In this document: positions 54,812-64,000 of the stretch, one piece after another
Layout: every line of letters begins with the position of its first letter
How positions within the stretch are numbered: the stretch's first letter is position 1
Assembly (NCBI GenBank): GCA_043820815.1
Contig: JBDRDJ010000005.1
Span: 1,313-65,312, forward strand
Length of the DNA: 64,000 nucleotides
Reading direction: 5' to 3'
Source: Candidatus Omnitrophota bacterium
Lineage (GTDB): Bacteria > Omnitrophota > Gorgyraeia > Duberdicusellales > 4484-171
The notes under the pieces: generated by a model
Told to the model about the DNA's origin: nothing
Databases searched by the model: none
The model's input: only the letters and a program-made list of their open reading frames with translations
Program-made: the position numbers and the translations under genes

Positions 54812-55300
54812 TTATTTTAACTGCCTAAAGGCATCAAAAGTAGCTTTCACGATATTTACGGGATTTGTCGATTTTTTAAGAATTTTTGTTAGAATATCGC
54901 CAAGCCCCACACATTCGCATATTGCCCGCACAGTCGAAGACGCAATAACGCCGGTACCTTCTGAAGCAGGCTTAAGCAACACCCTACAAGCCCCATATTT
55001 TCCGATCGTTTCATGAGGAATAGTCTTCTTTTCTTTTTTAACAAAAACCATATTTGTGCGTGCTTTTTTTATCCCCTTACGTATGGCTTCGGCAACTTCA
55101 TTTGCTTTTCCTAAGGCATAACCAGCCTTACTCTGGCCGTCACCTACAACAACAACGGCTGAAAAGCCTAAGTTTTTGCCGCCCTTGGTTACTTTAGTAA
55201 CGCGGTTGATAAAAATTACCCGCTCAATAAGTTCTTTTTCCTGAACTGATTTTGTAGATTTCTCATCTCTTTGCTTTTTTCGTTCATTATCATTTTGCAT
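54812..55300 (-). CDS. rpsE: 30S ribosomal protein S5; start re-set to MQNDNE (GGGAG RBS), which avoids overlap with rplR
   Basis: RVTKVTKGGKNLGFSAVVVVGD and GTGVIAS motifs. Confidence 0.9.
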   Translation of the reverse strand: MQNDNERKKQRDEKSTKSVQEKELIERVIFINRVTKVTKGGKNLGFSAVVVVGDGQSKAGYALGKANEVAEAIRKGIKKARTNMVFVKKEKKTIPHETIGKYGACRVLLKPASEGTGVIASSTVRAICECVGLGDILTKILKKSTNPVNIVKATFDAFRQLK

Positions 55301-55322
55301 GCTAAATCTCCCGTGTCTGGCC

Positions 55323-55733
55323 TTAGAACTTAAGCCCTCCTTCTCTTGCAGCATCTGCGACTTGCTTAATCTTTCCATGAAATTTATATCCGCTTCTGTC
55401 AAAACATGCTTTTGTTATGCCTCTCTCTTTAGCTTTATTCGCGATAACTATACCTACTTGTTTTGCTTTTTGTTTACCCAAAGAAACCGATTCAGGATTC
55501 TTCTTGCCTTGGCTTAGGTCATCTTTTTCATTTGAGTTAATATTTTTTAACGAAGATATTACTTCTTTAGAGAGAGATGAAACACCGGTGATTACCTTAT
55601 GAATAGTATCATCAACTAATTGGGCATAAATATGCTTACTGCTGCGGTAAACAACTATCCTCGGCCTTTGGGCGGTGCCTTTCATTTTCTTTGTAATACG
55701 CCTATGCCTTCTCAACCTTCCTTTTATTCTCAC
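55323..55733 (-). CDS. rplR: 50S ribosomal protein L18
   Basis: RPRIVVYRSSKHIYAQLVDD and CFDRSGYKFHGKIKQVADAAREGGLKF. Confidence 0.95.
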   Translation of the reverse strand: MRIKGRLRRHRRITKKMKGTAQRPRIVVYRSSKHIYAQLVDDTIHKVITGVSSLSKEVISSLKNINSNEKDDLSQGKKNPESVSLGKQKAKQVGIVIANKAKERGITKACFDRSGYKFHGKIKQVADAAREGGLKF

Positions 55734-55755
55734 AACTTAACTCCTTGTATAATGT

Positions 55756-56298
55756 TTACTTGGCAAGGGCTTTTCCGAGCTTCTTGCGGACCTCTTCTCC
55801 GGTATAGCGTATTCCCTTTCCTTTATATGGTTCAGGCGGGTAAACACGCCTTACCTTTGCCGCGAACTCTCCGACACCATGTTTATCAATTCCTTCGATA
55901 ATAATCTTTGTCGGCGAAGGCGTTGATAGTTTAAGGCCGCTGGGAATTTGCATTTCTACCAGATGCGCAAACCCCATAGACAAAACAAGCACCTGCTGCC
56001 CTTTAAGCTGAGCCTTATATCCTACTCCGATAATATCAAGTTCTTTTTTAAACCCTCTGGTTACACCTAATACCATATTATTTAAGAGCGCCCTGATTGT
56101 GCCGTGCATACTTTTGGTTTTCTTATCGTGCTTTTCTCTCAATACCAAAACAGTCGAATCTTTTATATCAAGCTTTATTGCGCTTGGAAGGGAAAGCTCA
56201 AGCTTCCCCTTGGGGCCTTTGACCGTAACAGAACCATTATTCTGGGTTACTTCTACTGCGCTTTCAATTTTTATGGGTAATTTTCCTATTCGTGACAT
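55756..56298 (-). CDS. rplF: 50S ribosomal protein L6
   Basis: MSRIGKLPI, and PEPYKGKGIRY near the C-terminus. Confidence 0.95.
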   Translation of the reverse strand: MSRIGKLPIKIESAVEVTQNNGSVTVKGPKGKLELSLPSAIKLDIKDSTVLVLREKHDKKTKSMHGTIRALLNNMVLGVTRGFKKELDIIGVGYKAQLKGQQVLVLSMGFAHLVEMQIPSGLKLSTPSPTKIIIEGIDKHGVGEFAAKVRRVYPPEPYKGKGIRYTGEEVRKKLGKALAK

Positions 56299-56302
56299 TT
56301 TT

Positions 56303-56698
56303 CTACCAAACCATACCGATAACTTCTCCGCCTACTCCTGCTTCACGCGCTTGAGAGTCGGTTAGGATTCCTTTGTTTGTTGAGATAAATGCTGTACCGT
56401 ATCCCCTTAATACCCTGGGCACATTATGCTGAGATACATAAGCGCGCCTGCCCGGCCGGGATACGCGCTTTAGCTGGCTTATTACATTCTTTTTGCCATC
56501 ATAGCGAAGATATACTTTAATCTGTTTATGGGTGGCACCTTCAACGTCTTTGTAATTATCAAGATACCCTTCATTCTTTAGAATCTCACATATTTTAAAA
56601 ATAACATTAGAGTAAGGAATCACAGCATCATATTTCTTTGCGATAACTGCATTCCTGATTATTGTAAAGGAATCTGCTATGATATCTGTTCTACTCAT
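56303..56698 (-). CDS. rpsH: 30S ribosomal protein S8
   Basis: DIIADSFTIIRNA and GGEVIGMVW. Confidence 0.95.
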   Translation of the reverse strand: MSRTDIIADSFTIIRNAVIAKKYDAVIPYSNVIFKICEILKNEGYLDNYKDVEGATHKQIKVYLRYDGKKNVISQLKRVSRPGRRAYVSQHNVPRVLRGYGTAFISTNKGILTDSQAREAGVGGEVIGMVW

Positions 56699-56781
56699 AT
56701 ATTCTCCACTCCTTATCCGAAAATTTTATCTGGTAAATTGCCCGCTTAACAAAATGAACAATTTAAAAGGTTTTAATAAAC

Positions 56782-56976
56782 CTACCAGCTTGCTTTTTTA
56801 ACACCCGGGATTACCCCTCGCCATGCAAGCTCACGGAAACATATGCGGCAAAGCTCAAAAGTTCTCATAAAGCCCCGGGGCCTGCCGCACAAACGGCACC
56901 GGTTTCTCCTGCGCGTTGAGAATTTTACCTTGAATAGCTCTCTCTTCCACTTTTCTTTTTTTGCTGTCGTTGACAT
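56782..56976 (-). CDS. rpsN: 30S ribosomal protein S14, type Z (zinc-binding)
   Basis: 64 aa with [25 protein letters not shown]. Confidence 0.9.
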   Translation of the reverse strand: MSTTAKKEKWKRELFKVKFSTRRRNRCRLCGRPRGFMRTFELCRICFRELAWRGVIPGVKKASW

Positions 56977-57008
56977 AATACACCTTACATCCTAACTTTA
57001 AATTTCAT

Positions 57009-57569
57009 TTAATTCTTAAAGGGGAAACCAAAAAGGGCCAACAAATGCCTTGCCTCATCATCAGTTTGCGCAGATGTCGCAATACTTATATTCATTCCTT
57101 GAGTTTTGTTAATTCTATCTATTTCAAGTTCGGCAAATATACTCTGCTCAATAATTCCAAAAGTATAATTTCCGTTACCGTCAAAAGAATTGGGGGAAAA
57201 ACCTCTAAAATCTCTGATACGGGGAATCGCAACAGATATCAGCCTGTCAAAAAATTCGTACATTTTAGCTCTTCGCAACGTCACGCAACAACCGATAGGG
57301 ACGTCTTTTTTTAGCTTAAAATTTGATATTGGTTTACGGGAACGGCATATCTTAGCTTTCTGGCCGGTTATTTGAGCAAGCTCAACGGCTGCCTTTTCAA
57401 CAATCTTCGGGTCATTTGTTCCTTCGCCGATACCCATATTAATTACAATCTTAACCAGCCTCGGAACAGAAAGGTCATTTGTATAGGCGAATTTTTCTTT
57501 CATTGCCGGCAAAATTTCCTGCCGATATGTACTTAATAATCTGGGTAAATAAACCTCTTTGTTCTGCAT
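57009..57569 (-). CDS. rplE: 50S ribosomal protein L5
   Basis: VPRLVKIVINMGIGE and FDGNGNYTFGI. Confidence 0.95.
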   Translation of the reverse strand: MQNKEVYLPRLLSTYRQEILPAMKEKFAYTNDLSVPRLVKIVINMGIGEGTNDPKIVEKAAVELAQITGQKAKICRSRKPISNFKLKKDVPIGCCVTLRRAKMYEFFDRLISVAIPRIRDFRGFSPNSFDGNGNYTFGIIEQSIFAELEIDRINKTQGMNISIATSAQTDDEARHLLALFGFPFKN

Positions 57570-57579
57570 AGCTGTCAGT

Positions 57580-57894
57580 TTAAATAGTTTTTTTACACTT
57601 TGTGCAAATACGAACTTTTGATTTATCCTGCAAAACTTTAACCGTAAACCTCGTACCCTTGTTGCATTGAGGACAATATAACGCTACATTAGATACATTT
57701 ATAGATGCAGGCACTTCCTTAACGCCTCCCGGCTCAGCCTCTGACCGCCTGCGCATATGCTTCTTTGCCAGCTGGGCGCCTTCGACTAACACACGGCTGC
57801 CGGATTTGATAACTTTAAGTATTTTCCCGGACTTGCCTTTGCTTCTGCCGCTTTTAATTTCAACCTTATCGCCTTTTTTTATCCCCAAACTCAT
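57580..57894 (-). CDS. rplX: 50S ribosomal protein L24
   Basis: KKGDKVEIKSGRSKGKSGKILKV (KOW motif). Conserved position. Confidence 0.95.
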   Translation of the reverse strand: MSLGIKKGDKVEIKSGRSKGKSGKILKVIKSGSRVLVEGAQLAKKHMRRRSEAEPGGVKEVPASINVSNVALYCPQCNKGTRFTVKVLQDKSKVRICTKCKKTI

Positions 57895-57895
57895 C

Positions 57896-58261
57896 TTAAA
57901 TCACCTCTGGAGCTAATGATAAAATCTTGCTGAATTTATCTCGCAATTCTCTCGCAACAGGGCCGAATACTCTGGTTGCCCTGGGGTTGCCTTGTTTGTC
58001 AATTATGACGCAGGCGTTAGTGTCAAATTTTATCATCATACCATCCTTACGTTTAATAGGCGAATGTGTCCTGACGATTACCGCTCTTACAACTTCACCT
58101 TTTTTTATAGAAGCATTAGGTAATGCCTCTTTAACGCTTGCGGTAATAACGTCTCCGATCGTACCGTGGGATTTATTCTTCTTGCCGATTACACCGATAA
58201 AACCCACCTTCTTTGCTCCGCTGTTATCTACAACATTAAGTTTCGATCTAACAAATATCAT
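57896..58261 (-). CDS. rplN: 50S ribosomal protein L14
   Basis: VVDNSGAK and AVIVRT...K.DG..IKFD.NA.V.I. Confidence 0.95.
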   Translation of the reverse strand: MIFVRSKLNVVDNSGAKKVGFIGVIGKKNKSHGTIGDVITASVKEALPNASIKKGEVVRAVIVRTHSPIKRKDGMMIKFDTNACVIIDKQGNPRATRVFGPVARELRDKFSKILSLAPEVI

Positions 58262-58286
58262 TTTCTTCTAATTTTTCGCATGGCTT

Positions 58287-58538
58287 TCAATGAATTACTT
58301 CGAGCAGCCGAAAACATTTTTCTTTTGAATAGGGGCGTGATTCAACAATTTTTACCCTGTTTCCTATTTTTGCGATATTTTTCTCATCATGGACCTTAAA
58401 TCTTTTCTTTTTAACAGTCATCTTCTTATATCTTGTATGAAACTGCCTCTTTGTTACCGAAACAACAATAGTTTTATCCATCTTATCCGAAACCACTATA
58501 CCTTCCAATTTTTTCTTACGTTTAGGTTTTTCAGTCAT
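58287..58538 (-). CDS. rpsQ: 30S ribosomal protein S17
   Basis: GIVVSDKMDKTIVVSV and HDE.N....G..V.I.E.RP.SK.K. Confidence 0.95.
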   Translation of the reverse strand: MTEKPKRKKKLEGIVVSDKMDKTIVVSVTKRQFHTRYKKMTVKKKRFKVHDEKNIAKIGNRVKIVESRPYSKEKCFRLLEVIH

Positions 58539-58556
58539 AAAAGTTCACCTTATGGT

Positions 58557-58739
58557 TTAGCCGCTTGCACGCAACACTGTGTGAATGCGGGCAATGCCTC
58601 TTTTTATTTGTTTAAATAAATGGGGTTTCTCTACGCCGCTTTGCTTTTTGAAATTAAGTTCCATGAGTTGCTTTCTCAGTGACTCAAGCTTATCATGAAG
58701 CTCTTCTTTACTTAACCCCTTTAAATCTTTTATCTTCAT
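58557..58739 (-). CDS. rpmC: 50S ribosomal protein L29
   Basis: 60 aa with LKGLSKEELHDKLESLRKQLMELNFK. Confidence 0.9.
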   Translation of the reverse strand: MKIKDLKGLSKEELHDKLESLRKQLMELNFKKQSGVEKPHLFKQIKRGIARIHTVLRASG

Positions 58740-58766
58740 TGTTTTCCTGTAAGTTAAGAATTACTT

Positions 58767-59177
58767 TTAACCGTTCCTGCTGACAAAAGTAGTCTTAAAA
58801 GAAAACTTATAAGCAACCAGCCTAAACGATGCCCTGGCATAATCCTGCGGAACTCCGCCAATCTCAAAAATAACAGTCCCCCTGCGTATACGCACAACCC
58901 AGCCAACAACGTCACCCTTGCCGCCGCCCATCCGGGTATCTGCAGGTTTCTTGGTGATAGGCTTATCAGGAAAAACTCTTATCCACAACTTTCCGCCCCT
59001 GCGCAGCCTGCGCGTAAGAATAATTCTTGCTGTTTCAAGCTGGTTATTTGTAAGCCATGCCGATCCTAACGCTTTTATGCCGTATTCTCCAAATGCAACC
59101 GTAGAACCGGCAACTGCAACCCCCTTAAGGCTGCCGCGCTGGCTTTTTCGATACTTAACTCTTTTTGGCATAAACAT
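58767..59177 (-). CDS. rplP: 50S ribosomal protein L16
   Basis: MFMPKRVKYRKSQRG and TRMGGGKG. Confidence 0.95.
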   Translation of the reverse strand: MFMPKRVKYRKSQRGSLKGVAVAGSTVAFGEYGIKALGSAWLTNNQLETARIILTRRLRRGGKLWIRVFPDKPITKKPADTRMGGGKGDVVGWVVRIRRGTVIFEIGGVPQDYARASFRLVAYKFSFKTTFVSRNG

Positions 59178-59232
59178 TTATTTATCCTTTAATTAAATTT
59201 TTATTAATAACAAAAAAATGCATAATCATTCT

Positions 59233-59910
59233 CTACGAAGGACTTCCTTCTGACTCATCCTTTATCATATAACTACCAAGGTTCTTTTCTCCTTTATATA
59301 TCCATACTTTAACCCCTATGGTTCCATAGGTCGTTTTTGCCACGTCGAAACCATAGTCAATATCAGCCCTGAAAGTCTGCAGGGGTATTTTCCCGTGTTT
59401 ATATGATTCACTGCGCGCGATCTCAACTCCCCCTAATCGTCCCGAGCATCTTATTTTTATGCCCTCACACCCTAAGGCAACAGCTTGCTGTATGGCCCTT
59501 TTCATAGCTCTGCGAAAATTTACCCTCCGTAAAATCTGGAAAGAAATCATCTCGGCGACCAATTGAGCCTGCAAGGCTGGTTCATTTATCTCTTCGACAT
59601 CAATAATAACTTCTTTATTGGCAAATTTAGAAATCCTGCGCTTAAGCCTTTCTATATCCTGCCCCCTTCTTCCTATAATTACGCCCGGACGCGATGTTCT
59701 GACTCTAATTCGGATAATTGCGGCGGAAAGCCTCTCTATTACCATTGTCGCAATCAAACCTAAAGGATAGCTCTCCTTAATCATTTTACGTATACGAAAA
59801 TCTTCCTCGAGAAACTGAGCATATTCACTCTTCTTTACGGGAAACCACTTAGATTGCCAATCATTTCCGAATCCGATTCGTAAAATATAAGGATGAACTT
59901 TCTGTCCCAT
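59233..59910 (-). CDS. rpsC: 30S ribosomal protein S3
   Basis: MGQKVHPYILRIG, a KH domain, and GRLGGVEIARSE. Confidence 0.95.
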   Translation of the reverse strand: MGQKVHPYILRIGFGNDWQSKWFPVKKSEYAQFLEEDFRIRKMIKESYPLGLIATMVIERLSAAIIRIRVRTSRPGVIIGRRGQDIERLKRRISKFANKEVIIDVEEINEPALQAQLVAEMISFQILRRVNFRRAMKRAIQQAVALGCEGIKIRCSGRLGGVEIARSESYKHGKIPLQTFRADIDYGFDVAKTTYGTIGVKVWIYKGEKNLGSYMIKDESEGSPS

Positions 59911-59921
59911 AAAATTACCCC

Positions 59922-60281
59922 TTATTTAATTTTAGCCTTCTCGACTATTTTTTCCGGCGTATCAAGCTCAAGCAAAATGTGAGAAGTTCTCTTTCTTATT
60001 ACTGATGCCCTGCCAAAAGAAGCTGCCCTGAACCGCTTAAGCGAAGGGCCTTGATTTGCAATTGCTTTTGATATAAATAGCTGGGCTTCGGAATACCCTT
60101 TCTCCTTTGCGCTGCTTAAGGCTGACTTAAGAACTTTACTCACAAGATAAGAAGCTTTTTTATTAAGAGAATCAAGGATTGCGGACGCTTTAATAACTCT
60201 CTGGCCTTTTATGACATCTAATATAAGCTTTACTTTCCTTGACGATATTCTGATATATTTTGCTTCTGATCTGGCTATCAT
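59922..60281 (-). CDS. rplV: 50S ribosomal protein L22
   Basis: YIRISSRKVKLILDVIKG and RASVIRKRTSHI. Confidence 0.95.
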   Translation of the reverse strand: MIARSEAKYIRISSRKVKLILDVIKGQRVIKASAILDSLNKKASYLVSKVLKSALSSAKEKGYSEAQLFISKAIANQGPSLKRFRAASFGRASVIRKRTSHILLELDTPEKIVEKAKIK

Positions 60282-60299
60282 ATTAATCCTTAGCTATTG

Positions 60300-60587
60300 C
60301 TATTTTTTCACCATTGCTTTCTTTGCCTTTACCCCTCCATGCTGCCTGAATAAACGCGTATGGGCAAATTCTCCCAACCGGTGCCCTACCATGCCTTCGG
60401 TTATAAAAACAGGTACGTGTTTTCTTCCGTCATGAACGCCAAATGTCAAACCAACAAATTCGGGCATTACCATAGAAGCCCTGGACCACGTCTTTATCGG
60501 TTTTCTGTCTCCGGTTGATTTGGCTCGTAAGGCTTTTTTGAGAAGCTTTGGATGAACAAAGGGGCCTTTTTTTAACGACCTGCTCAT
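60300..60587 (-). CDS. rpsS: 30S ribosomal protein S19
   Basis: [11 protein letters not shown] and [11 protein letters not shown]. Confidence 0.95.
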   Translation of the reverse strand: MSRSLKKGPFVHPKLLKKALRAKSTGDRKPIKTWSRASMVMPEFVGLTFGVHDGRKHVPVFITEGMVGHRLGEFAHTRLFRQHGGVKAKKAMVKK

Positions 60588-60590
60588 TTC

Positions 60591-61439
60591 TTAACCTTTC
60601 CTTTTATTGGTTCTACGTTTTATAATTAAAGCATTGCTTTTCTTTTTACGTTTCCTGGTTTTGCCGCCCTTAGTAGGTTTACCCCAGGGAGTTACCGGAT
60701 GGGGATTGCCCTGGCCGGATTTACCTTCGCCTCCTCCATGCGGATGGTCTACAGGGTTCATTGCTGTGCCGCGGACTTTTGGCCGCCTTCCAAGCCATCT
60801 AACACGGCCGGCTTTTCCGTGAACAAACGAAGAATGTTCAATCAATCCAACCTGGCCTATTGTGGCACGGGATGCGGACTTAACCATTCTAATCTCACCG
60901 CTGGGCATCTTCAATTGTGCAAGCCGTTTCTCTTTAGACATAAGCTGAGCCCAACTGCCGGCACTGCGCGCAAGCACCCCTCCGCTGCCTGGGTTCATTT
61001 CAATATTGTGAATCACCGTACCAAGAGGGATATGATATAACTTCATGCAATTTCCCGGTTTAATATCAACCTGGGAATCTGACGAACTCATGACTGTATC
61101 ACCCACTGACAGCTGATGCGGCCAGATTATATATCTGCGCTCATTGTCGCTATACTCCAGCAAAGCTATACGGGCTGAGCGGTTGGGATCGTACTCAATT
61201 GAAATTACTTTTGCGGCGATGTCAAATTTATTACGCTTAAAATCAATAATTCTATACTTTCTCTTATTGCCGCCGCCTCTTCTTCGAATTGTAATTCTTC
61301 CCTGATTATTTCTGCCACCGCTTTTTTTGATGCTTTTTAAAAGAGACTTCTCGGGCTTCTTCTTAGTTATTTCTGAGAAATCAGAAATAACTTTAAATCG
61401 TAAAGACGGTGTAACTGGTTTAAATTTTCTAAGCCCCAT
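60591..61439 (-). CDS. rplB: 50S ribosomal protein L2
   Basis: [17 protein letters not shown] and [13 protein letters not shown]. Confidence 0.95.
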   Translation of the reverse strand: MGLRKFKPVTPSLRFKVISDFSEITKKKPEKSLLKSIKKSGGRNNQGRITIRRRGGGNKRKYRIIDFKRNKFDIAAKVISIEYDPNRSARIALLEYSDNERRYIIWPHQLSVGDTVMSSSDSQVDIKPGNCMKLYHIPLGTVIHNIEMNPGSGGVLARSAGSWAQLMSKEKRLAQLKMPSGEIRMVKSASRATIGQVGLIEHSSFVHGKAGRVRWLGRRPKVRGTAMNPVDHPHGGGEGKSGQGNPHPVTPWGKPTKGGKTRKRKKKSNALIIKRRTNKRKG

Positions 61440-61468
61440 ATCTTAATTAGGTTGTTTATTTTGAGCAA

Positions 61469-61750
61469 TTAGGTTATTTTGATTTCTTGCCCTTCCTTTA
61501 AGGTAACAACTGCCTTTTTCCATGAAGATGTTTTTCCCGGCTGATTCCATTTGAGCTTTTTAGTCTTTCCTTTTAACGTCATTGTTGAAATTTTCACGGC
61601 TTTTACCTTATATAAATTTTCAATAGCCCTTTTTATCTCTATTTTATTGGCATCTATCGCGACAGAGAAAACATACTTTCTCATTACTCCCAAACGCGTT
61701 GTTTTCTCTGTGATTAAAGGCTCTTTAATAATCGAATAAATACTTTTCAT
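61469..61750 (-). CDS. rplW: 50S ribosomal protein L23
   Basis: IIKEPLITEKT. Conserved position between rplD and rplB. Confidence 0.9.
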   Translation of the reverse strand: MKSIYSIIKEPLITEKTTRLGVMRKYVFSVAIDANKIEIKRAIENLYKVKAVKISTMTLKGKTKKLKWNQPGKTSSWKKAVVTLKEGQEIKIT

Positions 61751-61760
61751 TTTAATTATT

Positions 61761-62426
61761 TTAGGATTTCAATTTATCAACAGTCTTTGTTAACTTCTCT
61801 TCTAATTCTTTTAGGGCTTCTTGGGTAAAAACGATCTGCTTGCATTCCAAAGCTTCATAGGTAGTTAATGTCTTGGCAATGCCAATCTTAACTTTGTTTA
61901 GATTGCGGGCTGCCAGCTTCAAATTATTGTTTAGCTGTAAGAGCACAAAACGTAATTTGCTTTTGCATATTTTAAGATTTTTTAAAATTTCAAAGAATTC
62001 ACGGGTCTTTGGTTCATTCAATGAAATATTTTCAAGGATAATTATTTCGTTGTCGTTTAATTTAACATTTAAGGCACTTTTTAAAGACAAAACTTTCATT
62101 TTCTGAGGAAATTCTTTATGAAAAGTATGGGGCTTAGGGCCAAAAGTCACCCCTCCCCCCTTCCAAAGAGGTGAACGGATTGAACCGACCCTCGCCCTTC
62201 CCGTTCCTTTCTGCCGCCATGGTTTTTTGCCGCCGCCTCTTACCTCTCCTTTTGTCTTGGCAGATGCCAAACCCATACGCTGGTTATTAAGATATGTCCA
62301 GCAAGCTTGATGCATGAGGGCGTGGTTAACCTTGGAGTCGAATACTTTTGGATTAAGCTGGTATTCAGCAACCTTTTTCCCCTTTGTATTTAAAATATCA
62401 ATTTTTCTGGAATTATCTTTGCTCAT
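61761..62426 (-). CDS. rplD: 50S ribosomal protein L4
   Basis: KTKGEVRGGGKKPWRQKGTGRAR.GS.RSP.W.GGG..FGP. Confidence 0.95.
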   Translation of the reverse strand: MSKDNSRKIDILNTKGKKVAEYQLNPKVFDSKVNHALMHQACWTYLNNQRMGLASAKTKGEVRGGGKKPWRQKGTGRARVGSIRSPLWKGGGVTFGPKPHTFHKEFPQKMKVLSLKSALNVKLNDNEIIILENISLNEPKTREFFEILKNLKICKSKLRFVLLQLNNNLKLAARNLNKVKIGIAKTLTTYEALECKQIVFTQEALKELEEKLTKTVDKLKS

Positions 62427-62439
62427 AATGGCAGCTCTT

Positions 62440-63162
62440 TTATGAAACTTTAACCTTTTTTACCTTGACCACTGTTCCTCGAAAACCAGCAACAGAACCT
62501 TTAATAAACAAAATATTCTTCTGCTCGTCTATTTTTACAACTCTTAGATTTTTGCTCGTGCGGAAATCATTACCCATATGGCCGTGCATGCGCAAACCTT
62601 TGAAAATCCTGCCGGGAAAAGTGTTCTGCCCTACACTGCCTATGCGCCTGTGGGTTGTTGAACCGTGGCTTTTTGGCTGGCCTGCCCAACCGTGACGCTT
62701 CATTCCTCCGGCAAACCCGCGCCCTTTTGTGCGTGCGCTTACATCAACCAATTCGCCTTGCGAGAATATTTCAATGCCTATTTCTCGGATTTCTTCGATA
62801 ACGTCAATATTCTCTGAATCGGGACTTTTAGGTTTTGCTGTTTCATCCTTGGGTTTAGGGCCCTTATCCTGCTTAACCTGAGGTGTCAAAGCTGGCTTAG
62901 GATTAAAAAGAACTTCCCTTATTAACGAATAAGGGGCAACTTTCATCTTTCGGAAATACCCTAAAACGGGCTTTTTAAACTTGGAAGCCTTCTTTTCGCT
63001 GGCCTTAAAACATGCTATACGCAAAACACTTTTAGAAGGGTAGCGAACCTCCTCAAGAATAACAGCTTTAGGTATCTCGATAAGAGTAACAGCGACCAAA
63101 TCAGCATTCTCATCGAATATCTGCGTAATACCTAATTTTGTACCAAAAATTTCTGATATCAT
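62440..63162 (-). CDS. rplC: 50S ribosomal protein L3 (with a lysine/proline-rich internal insertion); start re-set to MISEIFG
   Basis: GTKLGITQIFDE and KGRGFAGGMKRHGWAGQPKSHGS. The upstream extension of the track ORF has no support. Confidence 0.9.
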   Translation of the reverse strand: MISEIFGTKLGITQIFDENADLVAVTLIEIPKAVILEEVRYPSKSVLRIACFKASEKKASKFKKPVLGYFRKMKVAPYSLIREVLFNPKPALTPQVKQDKGPKPKDETAKPKSPDSENIDVIEEIREIGIEIFSQGELVDVSARTKGRGFAGGMKRHGWAGQPKSHGSTTHRRIGSVGQNTFPGRIFKGLRMHGHMGNDFRTSKNLRVVKIDEQKNILFIKGSVAGFRGTVVKVKKVKVS

Positions 63163-63261
63163 ATTTTTACGTTTAAATATTTCATAGAGATAAATATATT
63201 CTTTGCTTGGCCAATCATTACACAATTAAAATTAATTTTCCAGGGATTGTGTAGTTTCCTG

Positions 63262-63570
63262 CTAGGTCTGCTGCTGGATATCGACGTTTACTCCGGCGGG
63301 CAAATTAAGTTTTCTCAAAACATCAATTGTCTTAGCCGTAGGATTGTGCAAATCGATAATCCGCTTATGAACAGCAAGCATAAACTGTTCCCGAGACTTC
63401 TTGTCAATATTCGTTGAGCGGTTTACTGTGTAAATCTTCTTTTTTGTCGGCAGTGGTACGGGCCCGCTGATTTTTGCTCCTGTTCGTAAAGCCACTTCAA
63501 CGATTTCCTGTGTAGACTGATCTAGAATTCTGTGATCAAATGATTTCAATCTGATTCTAAGCTTAAACAT
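63262..63570 (-). CDS. rpsJ: 30S ribosomal protein S10
   Basis: [16 protein letters not shown] and GPVPLPT. Confidence 0.95.
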   Translation of the reverse strand: MFKLRIRLKSFDHRILDQSTQEIVEVALRTGAKISGPVPLPTKKKIYTVNRSTNIDKKSREQFMLAVHKRIIDLHNPTAKTIDVLRKLNLPAGVNVDIQQQT

Positions 63571-63647
63571 AATATTTCTCTAAAACACTGAAAAATCCAT
63601 CGCGCCGAGTAAAGGTTAACCGGCTCTTTCAGTGGGTTGATTAAGCG

Positions 63648-64000
63648 CTATTCGATAATTTCCGTTACAACACCTGCTCCAACAGTCCTGCCGCCTTCAC
63701 GTATTGCAAACCTTAATTCTTTTTCAATGGCAACCGGCTGAATAAGATGAACATCAATAGTGACGTTATCTCCGGGCATTACCATTTTAATTTCCTGGGG
63801 AAGTTCCGCGGTGCCGGTAACGTCAGTGGTCCTAAAGTAGAACTGCGGCCGGTAACCGGAGAAGAATGGAGTGTGCCTTCCGCCTTCTTCTTTCTTCAAT
63901 GCGTAAATTTGTGCTTTAAATTTAGTGTGCGGCGTTATAGAACCAGGCTTAGCCATAACCATGCCTCTCTCAATATCATCCTTGTCAATCCCTCTAAGCA
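63648..64000 (-). CDS. tuf: Elongation factor Tu, C-terminal part; continues beyond the right edge
   Basis: The C-terminus reads ...[21 protein letters not shown]. The reading frame stays open upstream of the track Met to nt 64000. Confidence 0.9.
   Translation of the reverse strand, partial: LRGIDKDDIERGMVMAKPGSITPHTKFKAQIYALKKEEGGRHTPFFSGYRPQFYFRTTDVTGTAELPQEIKMVMPGDNVTIDVHLIQPVAIEKELRFAIREGGRTVGAGVVTEIIE

Noticed and set aside
54809-54812. Absence of rpmD (L30) between rpsE and rplO as a novelty.
   Set aside because: Loss of L30 from the spc operon is a known lineage-specific trait in several bacterial groups and is not unusual on its own.
1-64000. CRISPR arrays, rRNA and tRNA genes.
   Set aside because: No regularly spaced direct repeats and no rRNA- or tRNA-like conserved stretches were seen by eye. 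The scan was not exhaustive and should be confirmed with tRNAscan-SE, Infernal and a CRISPR finder.

Overview
This is a 64 kb window from a low-GC (roughly 38-40% by eye) bacterial chromosome, probably an uncultivated lineage. Almost all genes lie on the minus strand.

Layout:
- 1-8.1 kb: a restriction-modification/defence islet. It holds a type III-like operon (mod, an AlbA_2/HATPase_c_4 gene, then res) in which mod carries a frameshift. Next to it is a type II system made of a controller (C) protein, an MvaI/BcnI-family endonuclease, and a methyltransferase fused in frame to a complete LexA (wHTH plus S24 self-cleaving peptidase).
- 8.3-22.4 kb: a metallophosphoesterase, then a 13-gene co-directional arginine plus lysine (DapL-variant) biosynthesis cluster, argCJBDFGH-lysA-dapF-X-dapA-dapB-dapL.
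- 22.5-24.1 kb: a polytopic membrane class III nucleotidyl cyclase.
- 24.2-34.5 kb: a glycan-utilisation locus with two paralogous clan GH-A hydrolases whose motif order resembles fungal GH72, a tandem CBM-like secreted protein, a GPH symporter, sugar ABC components, and purU.
- 34.5-39.1 kb: a decayed mobile/accessory patch. It contains an AAA+ DUF4143 ATPase, a truncated IS110 transposase with a structured 5' leader, a 31-nt direct repeat bracketing both, a DUF4160/DUF2442 pair, two small secreted-protein genes, and the remnant of an integron-type tyrosine recombinase with attC-like core motifs.
- 39.1-48 kb: housekeeping genes (GT9 heptosyltransferase, RR-GAF-HD-GYP, Lpd-like, leuC-pilT-leuD, an aminotransferase).
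- 48-64 kb: the conserved tuf-S10-spc-alpha ribosomal protein cluster (rpsJ through rplQ, no L30).

Four genes missing from the ORF track were recovered by hand translation: the res N-terminus (runs off the left edge), rpmJ, the integrase fragment, and the tuf C-terminus (runs off the right edge).

The strongest candidate for novelty is the LexA-methyltransferase fusion. All family assignments rest on remembered motifs and gene order, not on database searches.
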